NCBI GenBank assembly: GCA_963775465.1
Contig: CAVZIW010000009.1
Coordinates: 1-64,000 of the forward strand
Reading direction: 5' to 3'
Source of the DNA: Candidatus Bathyarchaeota archaeon
Lineage (GTDB): Archaea > Thermoproteota > Bathyarchaeia > Bathyarchaeales > Bathycorpusculaceae
Length of the DNA stretch: 64,000 nt
Notes under the pieces: generated by a model
Databases searched by the model: none
Told to the model about the DNA's origin: nothing
The model's input: only the letters and a program-made list of their open reading frames with translations
Program-made: the position numbers and the translations under genes
Shown here: positions 21,013-30,929 of the stretch, in pieces
How positions within the stretch are numbered: position 1 is the stretch's first letter
Layout of the letters: each line of letters begins with the position of its first letter

Positions 21013-21145
21013 TTCAAGCGCCCAGACAAAAAAATTACTCCTTCAAGTTCATACTTTTCCTTGATTTCAAGATTATTAAAAAAGCTATCGAGGGCAAATA
21101 ATATAGCTCTATTTAGAGCAACAATACTTCAGAGTGATTTGTCAT

Positions 21146-22369
21146 ATGCAAAGGTCATACTCACGTTTATTGGGAGTAGTTGGAAAACCAAATACGGGAA
21201 AATCGACGTTTTTTAGTGCTGCCACTTTAGCTACAGCAGAAATAGCCAATTATCCCTTTACCACTATCAAGCCTAACCGTGGAGTCGGTTATGTTCGAAC
21301 TAAATGTGTACACGAAGATTTTAATGTTAAAGATAACCCCAAAAACAGCCTCTGCCTAGATGGTGCTCGATTAGTCCCTGTCGAACTTGTTGACATTGCA
21401 GGTATTGTTCCTGGCGCATGGGAAGGTCGTGGATTAGGAAACCAATTTCTTGATGAAATCTGTCGAGCCGACGCTTTAATTCACATCGTCGATGCTTCAG
21501 GCGGAACCGACTGTGAAGGAAAAAGCTGCAAACCAGGCGAACATGACCCTATAGAAGATGTGCAGTTTTTAGAAAAAGAGATCACTTTGTGGATGGTAAG
21601 TATTCTTAAAAAGGATTGGGCGAGAATTTCGAGAACAGCTGAACAGGATAAGAAGGGCATCGCCCATCATCTAGAAGATCGACTTACTGGATTAAACATT
21701 AAACGTGAATGTGTAAACGAGGCAGTTCGAAAAGCGGGTTTAAACATTGATAAACCTGCTACTTGGTCAGATGATGACTTTTACCGTTTCGTCGATATCT
21801 TAAGATGCATATCCAAACCAATGCTGATAGTGGCAAATAAAATTGATTTGCCCGCTGCTCAGGAAAATGTTGAGCGTTTACTAAAGCTCAACTATATTGT
21901 GATTTCTTGTAGCGCAGAAGCAGAATTAGCTCTTAGGCGAGCTGCAGAAAGGAATTTGATTGACTATAAACCTGGCGATGGGGATTTCAAAATAATCCAA
22001 CCCGAAAAGCTTTCTTCAGCGCAAATTTTTGGGCTTGAACAAATAAATGCAAAAATCCTGGTAAACAACGGTTCAACCGGAGTTCAAGAAGCCATAAACA
22101 CCGCTTACTTCAAGCTATTAGATATGATAACCGTCTACCCTGTCGAAGATATAGAGCATCTCTCGGACCATAATGGACGGGTATTACCCGACACTTATCT
22201 CGTTCCTAGAGGCACAACTGCTCATGCATTTGCATATATCATTCACAGTGAACTAGGTGATAACTTTCTTTACGCGGTTGATGCTAGAGACAAAAGAAGA
22301 ATAGGAGAGAATGCTATTTTGAAAGACCGCGATGTCATCTCGATTGTAAGCGCCAAAAAAAGGGCTTAG
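21146..22369 (+). CDS. ychF: Redox-regulated ATPase YchF (archaeal Obg-family, TGS domain)
   Basis: GKPNTGKST, NYPFTTI, DIAG, GRGLGNQFL and NKID motifs; C-terminal TGS domain. Confidence 0.93.
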   Translation: MQRSYSRLLGVVGKPNTGKSTFFSAATLATAEIANYPFTTIKPNRGVGYVRTKCVHEDFNVKDNPKNSLCLDGARLVPVELVDIAGIVPGAWEGRGLGNQFLDEICRADALIHIVDASGGTDCEGKSCKPGEHDPIEDVQFLEKEITLWMVSILKKDWARISRTAEQDKKGIAHHLEDRLTGLNIKRECVNEAVRKAGLNIDKPATWSDDDFYRFVDILRCISKPMLIVANKIDLPAAQENVERLLKLNYIVISCSAEAELALRRAAERNLIDYKPGDGDFKIIQPEKLSSAQIFGLEQINAKILVNNGSTGVQEAINTAYFKLLDMITVYPVEDIEHLSDHNGRVLPDTYLVPRGTTAHAFAYIIHSELGDNFLYAVDARDKRRIGENAILKDRDVISIVSAKKRA

Positions 22370-23172
22370 GATCCATATCGGCGTTTGCGTTTTTGGAAAG
22401 TCCGAATAGTTCGAAGCAAATCGATTAATCGAAAGTCTGGCCAGTAAACATCTAAGAAGGCAAGTTCGCTATATGCCGATTGCCAAGTCAGAAAACCACT
22501 TAGCCGTTCTTCGCCTGAAGTCCGAATAATTAGGTCAGGGTCTTGTTTTGCCATATGTGAAGTATAGAGGTATTTTTCGAAGGTACTCTCATGGATGTCC
22601 TCTGGTTCAAGTTCCCCTGCTTTTACTTTTTCAGCGATAACACGTGCTGCGTCAACGATTTCCGCTCGACCACCGTAAGCAAAAGCAAAATTTAGAAACT
22701 GACCTTCGTAGTTCGCTGTAGATTTCTCTACGTCACTTATGAGTTTCTGGAGGCTTTCAGGTAGCATGTTGGTTCTGCCTATGACTTTAACATGGACTTT
22801 GTTTCTGTGAATACGCTCGTCCGTTAGGATTTTACGAAATTTTTCTTCAGCGATATTCATGATTTCGGTGATTTCTTTGCTTGATCGGGTGAAATTCTCA
22901 GTGGAAAAGGTATACAAAGTTACAAATTTTACATCGAGCTTTAGGCACCAATCTAAGAGTTTTTCAACTGTTTCTGCTCCCTGTTTGTGCCCCAGCCAAG
23001 GGTTGAGCTCATTGTCAGAAGCCCATCGTCTGTTTCCATCCAAAATAATAGCGATATGTTCGACTTTTATACCGTTTTTAACTTGTTGCCAAAGCCACTT
23101 CTCATATATCTTGTAGATACCAAGGATTGAGAGAATTCTTGTAAGCAATAAACGGTCCTCGCATGTTAACAT
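22366..23172 (-). CDS. uppS: cis-prenyltransferase (polyprenyl diphosphate synthase)
   Basis: HIAIILDGNRRW, FSTENF, YGGRAEI and DLIIRTSGEERLSGF motifs. Confidence 0.95.
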   Translation of the reverse strand: MLTCEDRLLLTRILSILGIYKIYEKWLWQQVKNGIKVEHIAIILDGNRRWASDNELNPWLGHKQGAETVEKLLDWCLKLDVKFVTLYTFSTENFTRSSKEITEIMNIAEEKFRKILTDERIHRNKVHVKVIGRTNMLPESLQKLISDVEKSTANYEGQFLNFAFAYGGRAEIVDAARVIAEKVKAGELEPEDIHESTFEKYLYTSHMAKQDPDLIIRTSGEERLSGFLTWQSAYSELAFLDVYWPDFRLIDLLRTIRTFQKRKRRYGS

Positions 23173-23259
23173 TGATTTTTATGATTCTAAAATAAATCCT
23201 CGACAGGTTCAATTAAAGCTTACTCTAAACTAAAAAGAAAAGAAATAGACAACGTTTAG

Positions 23260-24492
23260 TCAAAGTTCATCCTCGCCTTCTTGTTTTTTCTTAAAGAAGT
23301 CTTTGGATGATCGGTTAATTATGTAAATTAACAAGACTGATGCGATGCCGATTAGAATGCCAACTATTATGGTGAATAGAAAGTTGGAGAATATGGGATT
23401 GTTTATCCCGATTACAGATGAGGATTTGTTGTAGTAATAGATGATTACGTTTGCAGTGCTCTCAAGTACCCATCTGAACCAGATAACGCTTACAACTAAC
23501 GCAGCGTTACGTAGCAAACGTGAATCTCGTTCAAAATATAATCTTATAATTCTACCAAATAGAACAATGCTTAAACCAACAACAAGCAGATCTTGGACGC
23601 CCTTTATAAAGAAAGTCGCGATTTTTGGGGTTAAACCCAGCCATCCTCCAAGATCACTTGGGAAGGGTGCAACGTTAATACTGACGCTAGCTAAGCCAAG
23701 GTAAACGCTAACGGCAACGCAAAGAATTCCTGCAATTACGGTATAATTGGAAACTTGTATGGGAAGCGGGGGTGGTTCATAGTCTCTTGCCCATCTGTAG
23801 AGGTCTTTTGTTGCTCGGTCAACACCAAAGCCTTTAAGCAGCAAAAAACCGCCGACGACGATAACTATCGCAATCCCGTAGTAGTAAATTGCTCCAGGAT
23901 AAACAAAGTTGTCGATTGCCCAAAGTATTCCAAAGATAAAAACCAAGATTCCAGGCAAGCCTAAAGCCATACGCGCATACCGAGGGTTATCAACAAGCAG
24001 TTTTATGTATTTTGAGAAAAGCGCCGCAGTTTCCTCGATTGATTCACTGTGTTTAATTACAATTCGACGCACTGAAGAGACTGGAACTCTTGATTCAACA
24101 AGGGGAAGAACAGCCTCATCAGAGTAGCCGTCACTAACTAAGATTACTTCGTTGGCAGAGAAAGACCCCAGCAAATTGTTTAGTTCTGCGACGAGTTTTC
24201 GGTCAGCGCTGACTCCTCCAAGGTCCGTGCCTGAAATTGTAGCTACTTCAAAAATCTCTTCCGGTTGCTTTTCATTTTGGAGACGGTCATAGAGACGAAC
24301 CGCCTCAAACATAGCGTTTGCATCCGGCTCTTCAGGATCCTTTAAGGCCAAGGAAACAGCGCCATCCAAATTAGCGGTTCTGCCCAGAAGTGGCGTTTTT
24401 ACTTTAGCTTTAACTTCTAAATCGCCATCTCTATCAACACATAAAATGAGGATACGCTTTTGCGTTTGCTGTTGCGTTTCCTTTTCAGCCAT
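23260..24492 (-). CDS. DUF373 family membrane protein
   Basis: LCVDRDGDL...DPEEPDANA...VSDGYSDE, followed by TM helices. Confidence 0.9.
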   Translation of the reverse strand: MAEKETQQQTQKRILILCVDRDGDLEVKAKVKTPLLGRTANLDGAVSLALKDPEEPDANAMFEAVRLYDRLQNEKQPEEIFEVATISGTDLGGVSADRKLVAELNNLLGSFSANEVILVSDGYSDEAVLPLVESRVPVSSVRRIVIKHSESIEETAALFSKYIKLLVDNPRYARMALGLPGILVFIFGILWAIDNFVYPGAIYYYGIAIVIVVGGFLLLKGFGVDRATKDLYRWARDYEPPPLPIQVSNYTVIAGILCVAVSVYLGLASVSINVAPFPSDLGGWLGLTPKIATFFIKGVQDLLVVGLSIVLFGRIIRLYFERDSRLLRNAALVVSVIWFRWVLESTANVIIYYYNKSSSVIGINNPIFSNFLFTIIVGILIGIASVLLIYIINRSSKDFFKKKQEGEDEL

Positions 24493-24528
24493 TCCAAATC
24501 TATATTCCTTTAATACAGCAAGGTAAAT

Positions 24529-25500
24529 TTAAGCTTGCGTTTCTGAATCAGTCTCTTCATCGTCGCCCAGCATAAGTTGATATTCATCCCAACTGACCTT
24601 CTCACCGCGCTGTAATTTCTCTCGAGCTTCAGAACCTATTTTCTCTTTGATTTCTTGTTCTTTTATAGCTCTTTGAGCTTGCTCTTCTTTTCGTTTAGCA
24701 TCCATTTCCTTCCGTCTAGAGTCCTCTTGCTGCCTTCTAACATGATACTCTTGTCGTCTAGCATCGTACTGCTCTTGCATTTCGCTTCTTAGACCTATCG
24801 ATTGATTTACAAGAAGCTTGATTTGTTCATAAAGGAGGTTATTTTGCTCTTTTGTTTTAATGAACGCCTGATGCAAACTGTCAGCTTCGGTTTTCTCACG
24901 CCGCATTATGCTGGCTTTTTCCATTATTTGAGTATGAAGATCTTGACTTTTCTTCGCTAGATCAGTTAATTCCTTATGGAACACATCGGCCTGATCATCA
25001 AAAACTTTCTTTTGCTTATATAATTCATCGATTTTCTTGTTTTGGTTATCGATTTTTTTGTAACTTTTAAGTTGAATTTCAATCGCTTTAACCTGATCAA
25101 TAAGCCTTTTTTCATCCTGGAGGTCAAGTGATGTTGTTGAAATCTTCCATTCAATGGCTTGATGCTCTTCTTTAAGATTACGTTGACTAACACGAGGAAG
25201 ATGCTTCTTCAATTCCTCGATCTTATCTTTCAATACTTTAACTTCATCCATTAAGGGGTTAACTTGAATCCTTATTGCATCTCTTTGTTGCTTTAACTGC
25301 TTTACTTTTTCATTTAAAGCATCCCGTTCCATCTTCATCTTGCTGATTTCTTCACGGGTTTTTTTCACTTGCTCATGAAGTTGATTTCTTTTTTCGATGT
25401 CTTTTTTGATTTGAGCATTGCCGTCAGTGATTTGCTTTCTGATAGTGTCTATTTGAATGTTAATGTTTGTTACTTGGACGGTTTTTTCTTTCTCAGTCAA
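24529..25500 (-). CDS. Archaeal coiled-coil protein (COG1340-like)
   Basis: Long heptad repeats, IEWKISTTSL..DEK and EKLQRGEKVSWDE; syntenic with DUF373/uppS. Confidence 0.8.
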   Translation of the reverse strand: MTEKEKTVQVTNINIQIDTIRKQITDGNAQIKKDIEKRNQLHEQVKKTREEISKMKMERDALNEKVKQLKQQRDAIRIQVNPLMDEVKVLKDKIEELKKHLPRVSQRNLKEEHQAIEWKISTTSLDLQDEKRLIDQVKAIEIQLKSYKKIDNQNKKIDELYKQKKVFDDQADVFHKELTDLAKKSQDLHTQIMEKASIMRREKTEADSLHQAFIKTKEQNNLLYEQIKLLVNQSIGLRSEMQEQYDARRQEYHVRRQQEDSRRKEMDAKRKEEQAQRAIKEQEIKEKIGSEAREKLQRGEKVSWDEYQLMLGDDEETDSETQA

Positions 25501-25640
25501 GAGTCTGCCCCAATGTTTTGTGGATGTTGTTAGTTAGCTTTGCTTTCCGAATTTATATTGGTTACTTAATACTCCTCAGCAAAGACCATTATAAACTTGT
25601 TTGAAGTCTTATAATTTTAAATAGATGCAACCACCCATCA

Positions 25641-26069
25641 ATGGGTAGATGGAACAAAATGTCCTACGATTACAATGAATTGCTAAAGAGAGCTTGCGCT
25701 CAAATGCCCGAAGTGTCCATAAAACGGGAACGTCTTGAATTTCCTAGAATAATAATGAATACTGTGGGAATGCGAACAATAATTTACAACTTCAAAGATA
25801 TAACAAACGCCTTAGACCGCGATCCCCAGCATATCCTAAAATTCCTTACCCGTGAAATGGCAACCGCCGCAACCTTTCATGATTCACGCGCCATATTCCA
25901 AGGTAAATTTCAAAGAGAAAGCTTTGAACGACTACTGAATCGGTACATGGAAAGTTATGTTATATGCCCAGTTTGCAAGCGCCCCGACACAAAAGTAGTT
26001 AAAGATAAACGCTTATCCTTCCTAGTTTGCAACGCATGCGGTGCAAAGTCAGCCATTAAACAACTATGA
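25641..26069 (+). CDS. eif2b: Translation initiation factor aIF-2 beta subunit
   Basis: YNELLKRA, LDRDPQH, YVICPVCKRPDT...CNACGA. Confidence 0.95.
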   Translation: MGRWNKMSYDYNELLKRACAQMPEVSIKRERLEFPRIIMNTVGMRTIIYNFKDITNALDRDPQHILKFLTREMATAATFHDSRAIFQGKFQRESFERLLNRYMESYVICPVCKRPDTKVVKDKRLSFLVCNACGAKSAIKQL

Positions 26070-26376
26070 GAGCATCAGTTTGGAAGTCTTCCTTAACCTC
26101 AAAAAGATTGGGCAAAATGTAATGCTTGCAGTTTGCGACTGCGAACTTCTTGGAAAAACTCTCAAAGAAGGAAAAATAGTCTTCCATATAAAAGACGAGT
26201 TCTACAACGGAAGAAAAGCCACTGTTGAAGAAGCGGTGGATTTGATTGGAAACTCAACGATTGTAAACTTGGTTGGCAAATGCTGCGTCGAAAAAGCTAT
26301 AGCTGAAGGATACGTTCATCCAGAAGCTATTATAGAGATAGAGGGCATCCCTCACGCTCAAATCATAAAAATCTAA
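26041..26376 (+). CDS. DUF424 family protein
   Basis: LAVCDCELLGK...FY.G...IVNLVG...GIPHAQ. True start likely ~26080. Confidence 0.9.
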   Translation: MQSQPLNNYESISLEVFLNLKKIGQNVMLAVCDCELLGKTLKEGKIVFHIKDEFYNGRKATVEEAVDLIGNSTIVNLVGKCCVEKAIAEGYVHPEAIIEIEGIPHAQIIKI

Positions 26377-26466
26377 CCATTCTTCTAGCTCAATTAGCAA
26401 ATGTTCTATTGCAGTCTTATGGTATATTCTTAAAAGCTTATATTTCTGAAAAAGCACTTTAAACAT

Positions 26467-26700
26467 GTGATTTTAATGGAAAAAAATTCTGGAATAGCAG
26501 AAAAGACCGCTCACGGTATGGAAAAAACTGCTGAAACTATGGCAAGTACCTTGCTAGCGGTCATAGACAAGCTTGCAGGTAAAGAATCCGACGTTAAACT
26601 TAGCTTCGAAGACCTTACCCTTGATGTCGGTATGATGAAGGCAAAGTTAAACGGATCAATAATCTTAGACATTATCTATTCAAAAGAAGCAAGTAAATAA
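26467..26700 (+). CDS. Hypothetical protein
   Basis: 77-aa ORF with plausible composition, in an operon context. Confidence 0.6.
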   Translation: MILMEKNSGIAEKTAHGMEKTAETMASTLLAVIDKLAGKESDVKLSFEDLTLDVGMMKAKLNGSIILDIIYSKEASK

Positions 26701-26747
26701 CTCGACCAAAATGAAAAATCCCTAATCTGTCTAAGGTTAGTCAAAGC

Positions 26748-27173
26748 ATGCAATTAGTAACAATAATAGGGCAGATGCTTGAATCAGGAAAGCTAAAGAT
26801 ATCAGCCAATGGCAAAGAAGACCTTGAAGTTACAGCAGTGAACAAAAGAATCGATGTAAATTTAAAGGATAAAGATTTCATAAAAGACTTAATCGCCGAG
26901 GTACTCAAAAGTAGAAAAGAGGGTACAATCCAAACAATCAAAGAAAGCCCTGAAAGAATTAAAGCTGTCAAAAGCATGCGGAACACAGTAATTGAGACTG
27001 CAGACGAATTAAGACAAGCGGGAATAACAATAACACTTTCATATAAAACCGACATTGTAGCAACTGCAGGAGCCCAAGCAAGCGCAGGAATTTCACGCTT
27101 AGTAACTGGAACAAAATCGTTAGAAATCAATAATCTTTCAAAACTGGCAGAATTGGGAATTCACATTTTGTAG
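26748..27173 (+). CDS. Hypothetical protein
   Basis: 141-aa ORF following the previous gene. Confidence 0.65.
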   Translation: MQLVTIIGQMLESGKLKISANGKEDLEVTAVNKRIDVNLKDKDFIKDLIAEVLKSRKEGTIQTIKESPERIKAVKSMRNTVIETADELRQAGITITLSYKTDIVATAGAQASAGISRLVTGTKSLEINNLSKLAELGIHIL

Positions 27174-27382
27174 AATGATATTTTTTAAAACATCCAATTG
27201 TTTAAGGATTGATTCATTCAAAAATTATTCTTTTTCTTTTATTTAAATTTCAAATCATACCTCGAGGCATTTCTGCGAATCATTTAGAGCGTTAAAAATT
27301 TTCTGTTTTCAAATAATTAGCAGGATAAAATTTAATTAACAATGGCTCTTAATGATAATTAAATTTGCAGGGCTCTCCCAAA

Positions 27383-28738
27383 ATGAAAGCTTCCCTTAAA
27401 AAAATAATTTCTAAAAGAGCAATCGTCATAGTCCTTGTAGCTCTGCTTTCTTTATCTATCTTCAACACTTATCTGATTTTTGAAAGCACCCGTAGCTCCA
27501 TGAGCATAAACAGCATAAACTACGATTACGTGTTATCTCAAGATGGCAATGTCTACAAACTAAAGAATATGTTAACAGGTATTATTGCAGAGAACTCTCA
27601 AAGTGCGTCTACCGCTATCAATTCTGCGTTAAGCCAGGGCAAATCCGTTTACATCAACCCAGGCACCTACATTCTAACCGATGACATCTACGTAAAAAAT
27701 AAGATTAACGCTAAAATTGTAAGCAACAATGAAGCCACCATTCTCGGCAACGGACACAAAATCGTCATCTACGGCGATAACTATACGACGTCAAAATACG
27801 CGGTCGTATCCGGTCTAGTTCTAATTAACGCAACTATCAGAGTTGAAAACTCTTTTGGGACAACCATATCAAATATGATTTTCGAAAATTCCTCAACGGG
27901 CATAGAATTTGCAAACTCTAACACATGGACAGAATACAGCAAAGTTGAAAATTGCCAATTTATCAATTCCTCTGAAGGCATAGTTTTTCGAACTCCATCA
28001 GGAAACGGCACAGGATCATACTCCAGCAGTATTATTGAAAGGTGTTCTTTCAACTTCCAAGATTTCTCTGTTGGAATTAAAGTCGAGCCTCTAGCTGAGT
28101 TTTCTGACAGTCAAATTCAAGATGTCAGGTTCTGGATCGGCAATAATGGCAGAGCCAACCAAACAGGAATGTACGTCGACGGCTCCATGTATCAAACGCT
28201 TTTAATTGGCGTTGTTTTCGAATCTTTCACAACCGACCCCATTTACTTGTTTGGCATTGACATTGGCAACAACTGCAATCCAGCACCCACGCTAGAAAGT
28301 GGAGTTAGTTTTCTGGGCAACTGGACTGCTAAAATCCATGACTCACAGGGCATCTGGCTCTCAGCAAATGGTGCAATATTCAAGCGCGAAGATATAGTCG
28401 TAAACGTTGGGGTAAACAACCAGTATGGCGAAAACCAAACCGTGGAAGTACGCCCCCTGACAATTTTTTCCTTTAAACCCAAAATATCAGTAGAAGGCAA
28501 TTTTGCAAACAACGAAGTGATTACCGTTCGAGTTCGTATCGAATACATCGATAACATCATTTCAAACCCCGTTCAAAAAACCTTCACAAACAGCAGTTCT
28601 GTGTGGCTGTCAGATGATGACATGATGCAGCTGTTTCCTTCACAAGACATAATTTGGGCAATAATATTTGACGCAAAAACAAACACTGGCTCATCTGGTG
28701 CAATTGTTAAAGTCAGCGGTTATGGCATCGCCGGATAA
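27383..28738 (+). CDS. Membrane-anchored/secreted protein with parallel beta-helix (pectate-lyase-like) repeats
   Basis: N-terminal TM; AINSALSQGKSVYINPGTY; Asn/Ser/Gly-rich beta repeats. Confidence 0.7.
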   Translation: MKASLKKIISKRAIVIVLVALLSLSIFNTYLIFESTRSSMSINSINYDYVLSQDGNVYKLKNMLTGIIAENSQSASTAINSALSQGKSVYINPGTYILTDDIYVKNKINAKIVSNNEATILGNGHKIVIYGDNYTTSKYAVVSGLVLINATIRVENSFGTTISNMIFENSSTGIEFANSNTWTEYSKVENCQFINSSEGIVFRTPSGNGTGSYSSSIIERCSFNFQDFSVGIKVEPLAEFSDSQIQDVRFWIGNNGRANQTGMYVDGSMYQTLLIGVVFESFTTDPIYLFGIDIGNNCNPAPTLESGVSFLGNWTAKIHDSQGIWLSANGAIFKREDIVVNVGVNNQYGENQTVEVRPLTIFSFKPKISVEGNFANNEVITVRVRIEYIDNIISNPVQKTFTNSSSVWLSDDDMMQLFPSQDIIWAIIFDAKTNTGSSGAIVKVSGYGIAG

Positions 28739-28802
28739 TTTAGTCTTCACCTAACGATGCAAAAAATGCATTTCTAAGAAAAACATGGTTAAAATAGATG
28801 CG

Positions 28803-30188
28803 CTATTTCTCATTTAGCAGGTTTTTCCGTGTGAAAATTCTCTCCAGCTCTTCTGGCTTTAGCAATCCTTTTTCGAGGGCAATTTCTTTAACCGTACGGC
28901 TTTCGGCTTGAGCTTGTTTAGCGATTTTTGCTGCTTCCAAATAGCCAATTTTGGGTGCTAATAACGTCGCCAATGAAGGGTTTTTTTCTAGATACTGCTC
29001 GCAACGTTTCTCGTCAACAGTTATGCCTCGTATGCACTTTTCTGTGAAAACCGGCAAATAGTTTGCCAGGATTTGGATGCTAAAGAGCATGTTATAGGCT
29101 ATTGCTGGTGTCATAACGTTGAGTTCCATTTGTCCAGCCTGAACCGCCAAAGACACAGCCGCATCATTTCCTACAACTTGAAAAGCAACCATGTCAAGGC
29201 ACTCCGCCATAACTGGATTAACCTTTCCAGGCATGATAGATGAACCGGGTTGCACAGGCGGTAGAGTAATTTCATTTAAGCCTGTTGTCGGACCTGAAGC
29301 AAGCAAACGCAAATCGTTTGCTATACGGATAAGCTCAAGTGCCAATTCTTTGAGCCCACTCGAAACCGTTTGTGCAGGTCTATGGCTTTGCAGCGCTTCA
29401 AAATTGTTCTTTGCGGACTTGAATGGAAAACCAGTCAACTTTGCCAACTCAGATATTGCGATTTTTTTGTAATCAGGATGCGTATTGGCCCCTGTTCCTG
29501 TGGCCGTTCCGCCAAGAGCAATTTCATAGAGGTTTTCTTGCCGTCGTCTAAGTTCCGTTAAGGTATTTGCTATTGTTGAGGCATAAGCACCAAACTCTTG
29601 CCCTACTGTAACAGGAACAGCATCTTGAAGATGAGTTCTCCCAGACTTGAGCACATGAGCATTTTTTCTCCTCAACTCTTCTAGAGCCGCAGCCAAATCG
29701 TCTAACGCCGAAAATAAAGGCTGAAGCGAGATCAAGATCGAAACATGAAGTGCTGTTGGAAAGGTGTCGTTGGTTGATTGACCCATGTTTACATGGTCGT
29801 TTGGGCTAACTATCTTGTATTCGCCTTTTTGTTTACCTAAATTTTCAAGTGCACTGTTGGCTAAAACTTCGTTAACATTCATGTTAAACGATGTGCCTGC
29901 TCCAGCTTGGAAAACATCTACAACGAATTGGTCAATTAGCTTACCAGCTAAGACTTCGTCGCATGCTTTGATTATTGCGTTTCCGATTTTCTTGTCTAGC
30001 CAACCGACCTGCGTGTTGGCGCGTGCAGCTGCCTTCTTGATTAGAACATAGGCTTTGATGAATTGGATTGGTTCTTTTATGCCGCTAACGGGGAAATTTT
30101 CGGTTGCTCTGAAGGTTTGTATGCCAAAGTAAGCGTCTTTAGGTATTGCTTTCTCGCCTAATGGGTCAATTTCTTTTCGGGTTTCCAT
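28803..30188 (-). CDS. aspA: Aspartate ammonia-lyase / class II fumarase family
   Basis: GQSTNDTFPT, GRTHLQDAVP and GSSIMPGKVNP motifs. Aspartase vs fumarase not resolvable from motifs alone. Confidence 0.8.
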   Translation of the reverse strand: METRKEIDPLGEKAIPKDAYFGIQTFRATENFPVSGIKEPIQFIKAYVLIKKAAARANTQVGWLDKKIGNAIIKACDEVLAGKLIDQFVVDVFQAGAGTSFNMNVNEVLANSALENLGKQKGEYKIVSPNDHVNMGQSTNDTFPTALHVSILISLQPLFSALDDLAAALEELRRKNAHVLKSGRTHLQDAVPVTVGQEFGAYASTIANTLTELRRRQENLYEIALGGTATGTGANTHPDYKKIAISELAKLTGFPFKSAKNNFEALQSHRPAQTVSSGLKELALELIRIANDLRLLASGPTTGLNEITLPPVQPGSSIMPGKVNPVMAECLDMVAFQVVGNDAAVSLAVQAGQMELNVMTPAIAYNMLFSIQILANYLPVFTEKCIRGITVDEKRCEQYLEKNPSLATLLAPKIGYLEAAKIAKQAQAESRTVKEIALEKGLLKPEELERIFTRKNLLNEK

Positions 30189-30927
30189 CCAACATGTCTC
30201 CTGTTACAGTTTTGGATTGCTTTTCTTGTATTATCTTCTTTTTTGTTTTTAAGATTGCTTCTGTAACTTTAATGTTCTTCGGACAAACAACTGTGCATAT
30301 ATAGTAGCTTTTGCATCCCCAGATGCCGTGTGGTTTCTGGATTTTTTTCAAGCGTTCGTTTTCGTCGGTGGTTCTGGAATCGAAAATGTAGCGTTGTGCT
30401 CTCAATATTGCAGCTGGACCCACAAAATCTTGGTCTTGCTCAACCATCACGGGGCAACCGCCATAACAGCAACCGCACAAAATACATTTCAGCGCATCAT
30501 CAAAAAGATTCCGCTCTTCAATGCTTTGCAGTCGCTCCTTTTTGCCATTTGCGAGAACGGAGCTTGTTTTCGTTTTCGGAGCGATCGATTTGAGCCTTTC
30601 AAAAAAGGGCGTTATATCGACGATTAGATCTTTGATAACTGCAAAATATTTTAGCGGTTCAATTACTATTTCGTTTTGGTAATCGTAGTCTTTTATTAGT
30701 TTTTGGCATGCCAATGCTGATTGCCCATTGATCGTTAAACCGTCAGACCCACAGATTCCATGTGCACAAGACATTCTAAAAGAAAGACTGCTGTCCTTTG
30801 TCCAGCGAATCCTGTTTAGACAATCTAATATGCGCTCATTGGGTTCTGCTTCTATGGTGAAAACATCATAATGAGACTCTTGGTCGGTTTTTGGATTAAA
30901 GCGGTAAACTTTCAATGTAACATTCAA
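30166..30927 (-). CDS. sdhB: Succinate dehydrogenase/fumarate reductase Fe-S subunit
   Basis: SCAHGICGSD...C, CILCGCCYGGCP and C...CTVVCPK motifs. Confidence 0.93.
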   Translation of the reverse strand: MNVTLKVYRFNPKTDQESHYDVFTIEAEPNERILDCLNRIRWTKDSSLSFRMSCAHGICGSDGLTINGQSALACQKLIKDYDYQNEIVIEPLKYFAVIKDLIVDITPFFERLKSIAPKTKTSSVLANGKKERLQSIEERNLFDDALKCILCGCCYGGCPVMVEQDQDFVGPAAILRAQRYIFDSRTTDENERLKKIQKPHGIWGCKSYYICTVVCPKNIKVTEAILKTKKKIIQEKQSKTVTGDMLDGNPKRN

Positions 30928-30929
30928 CT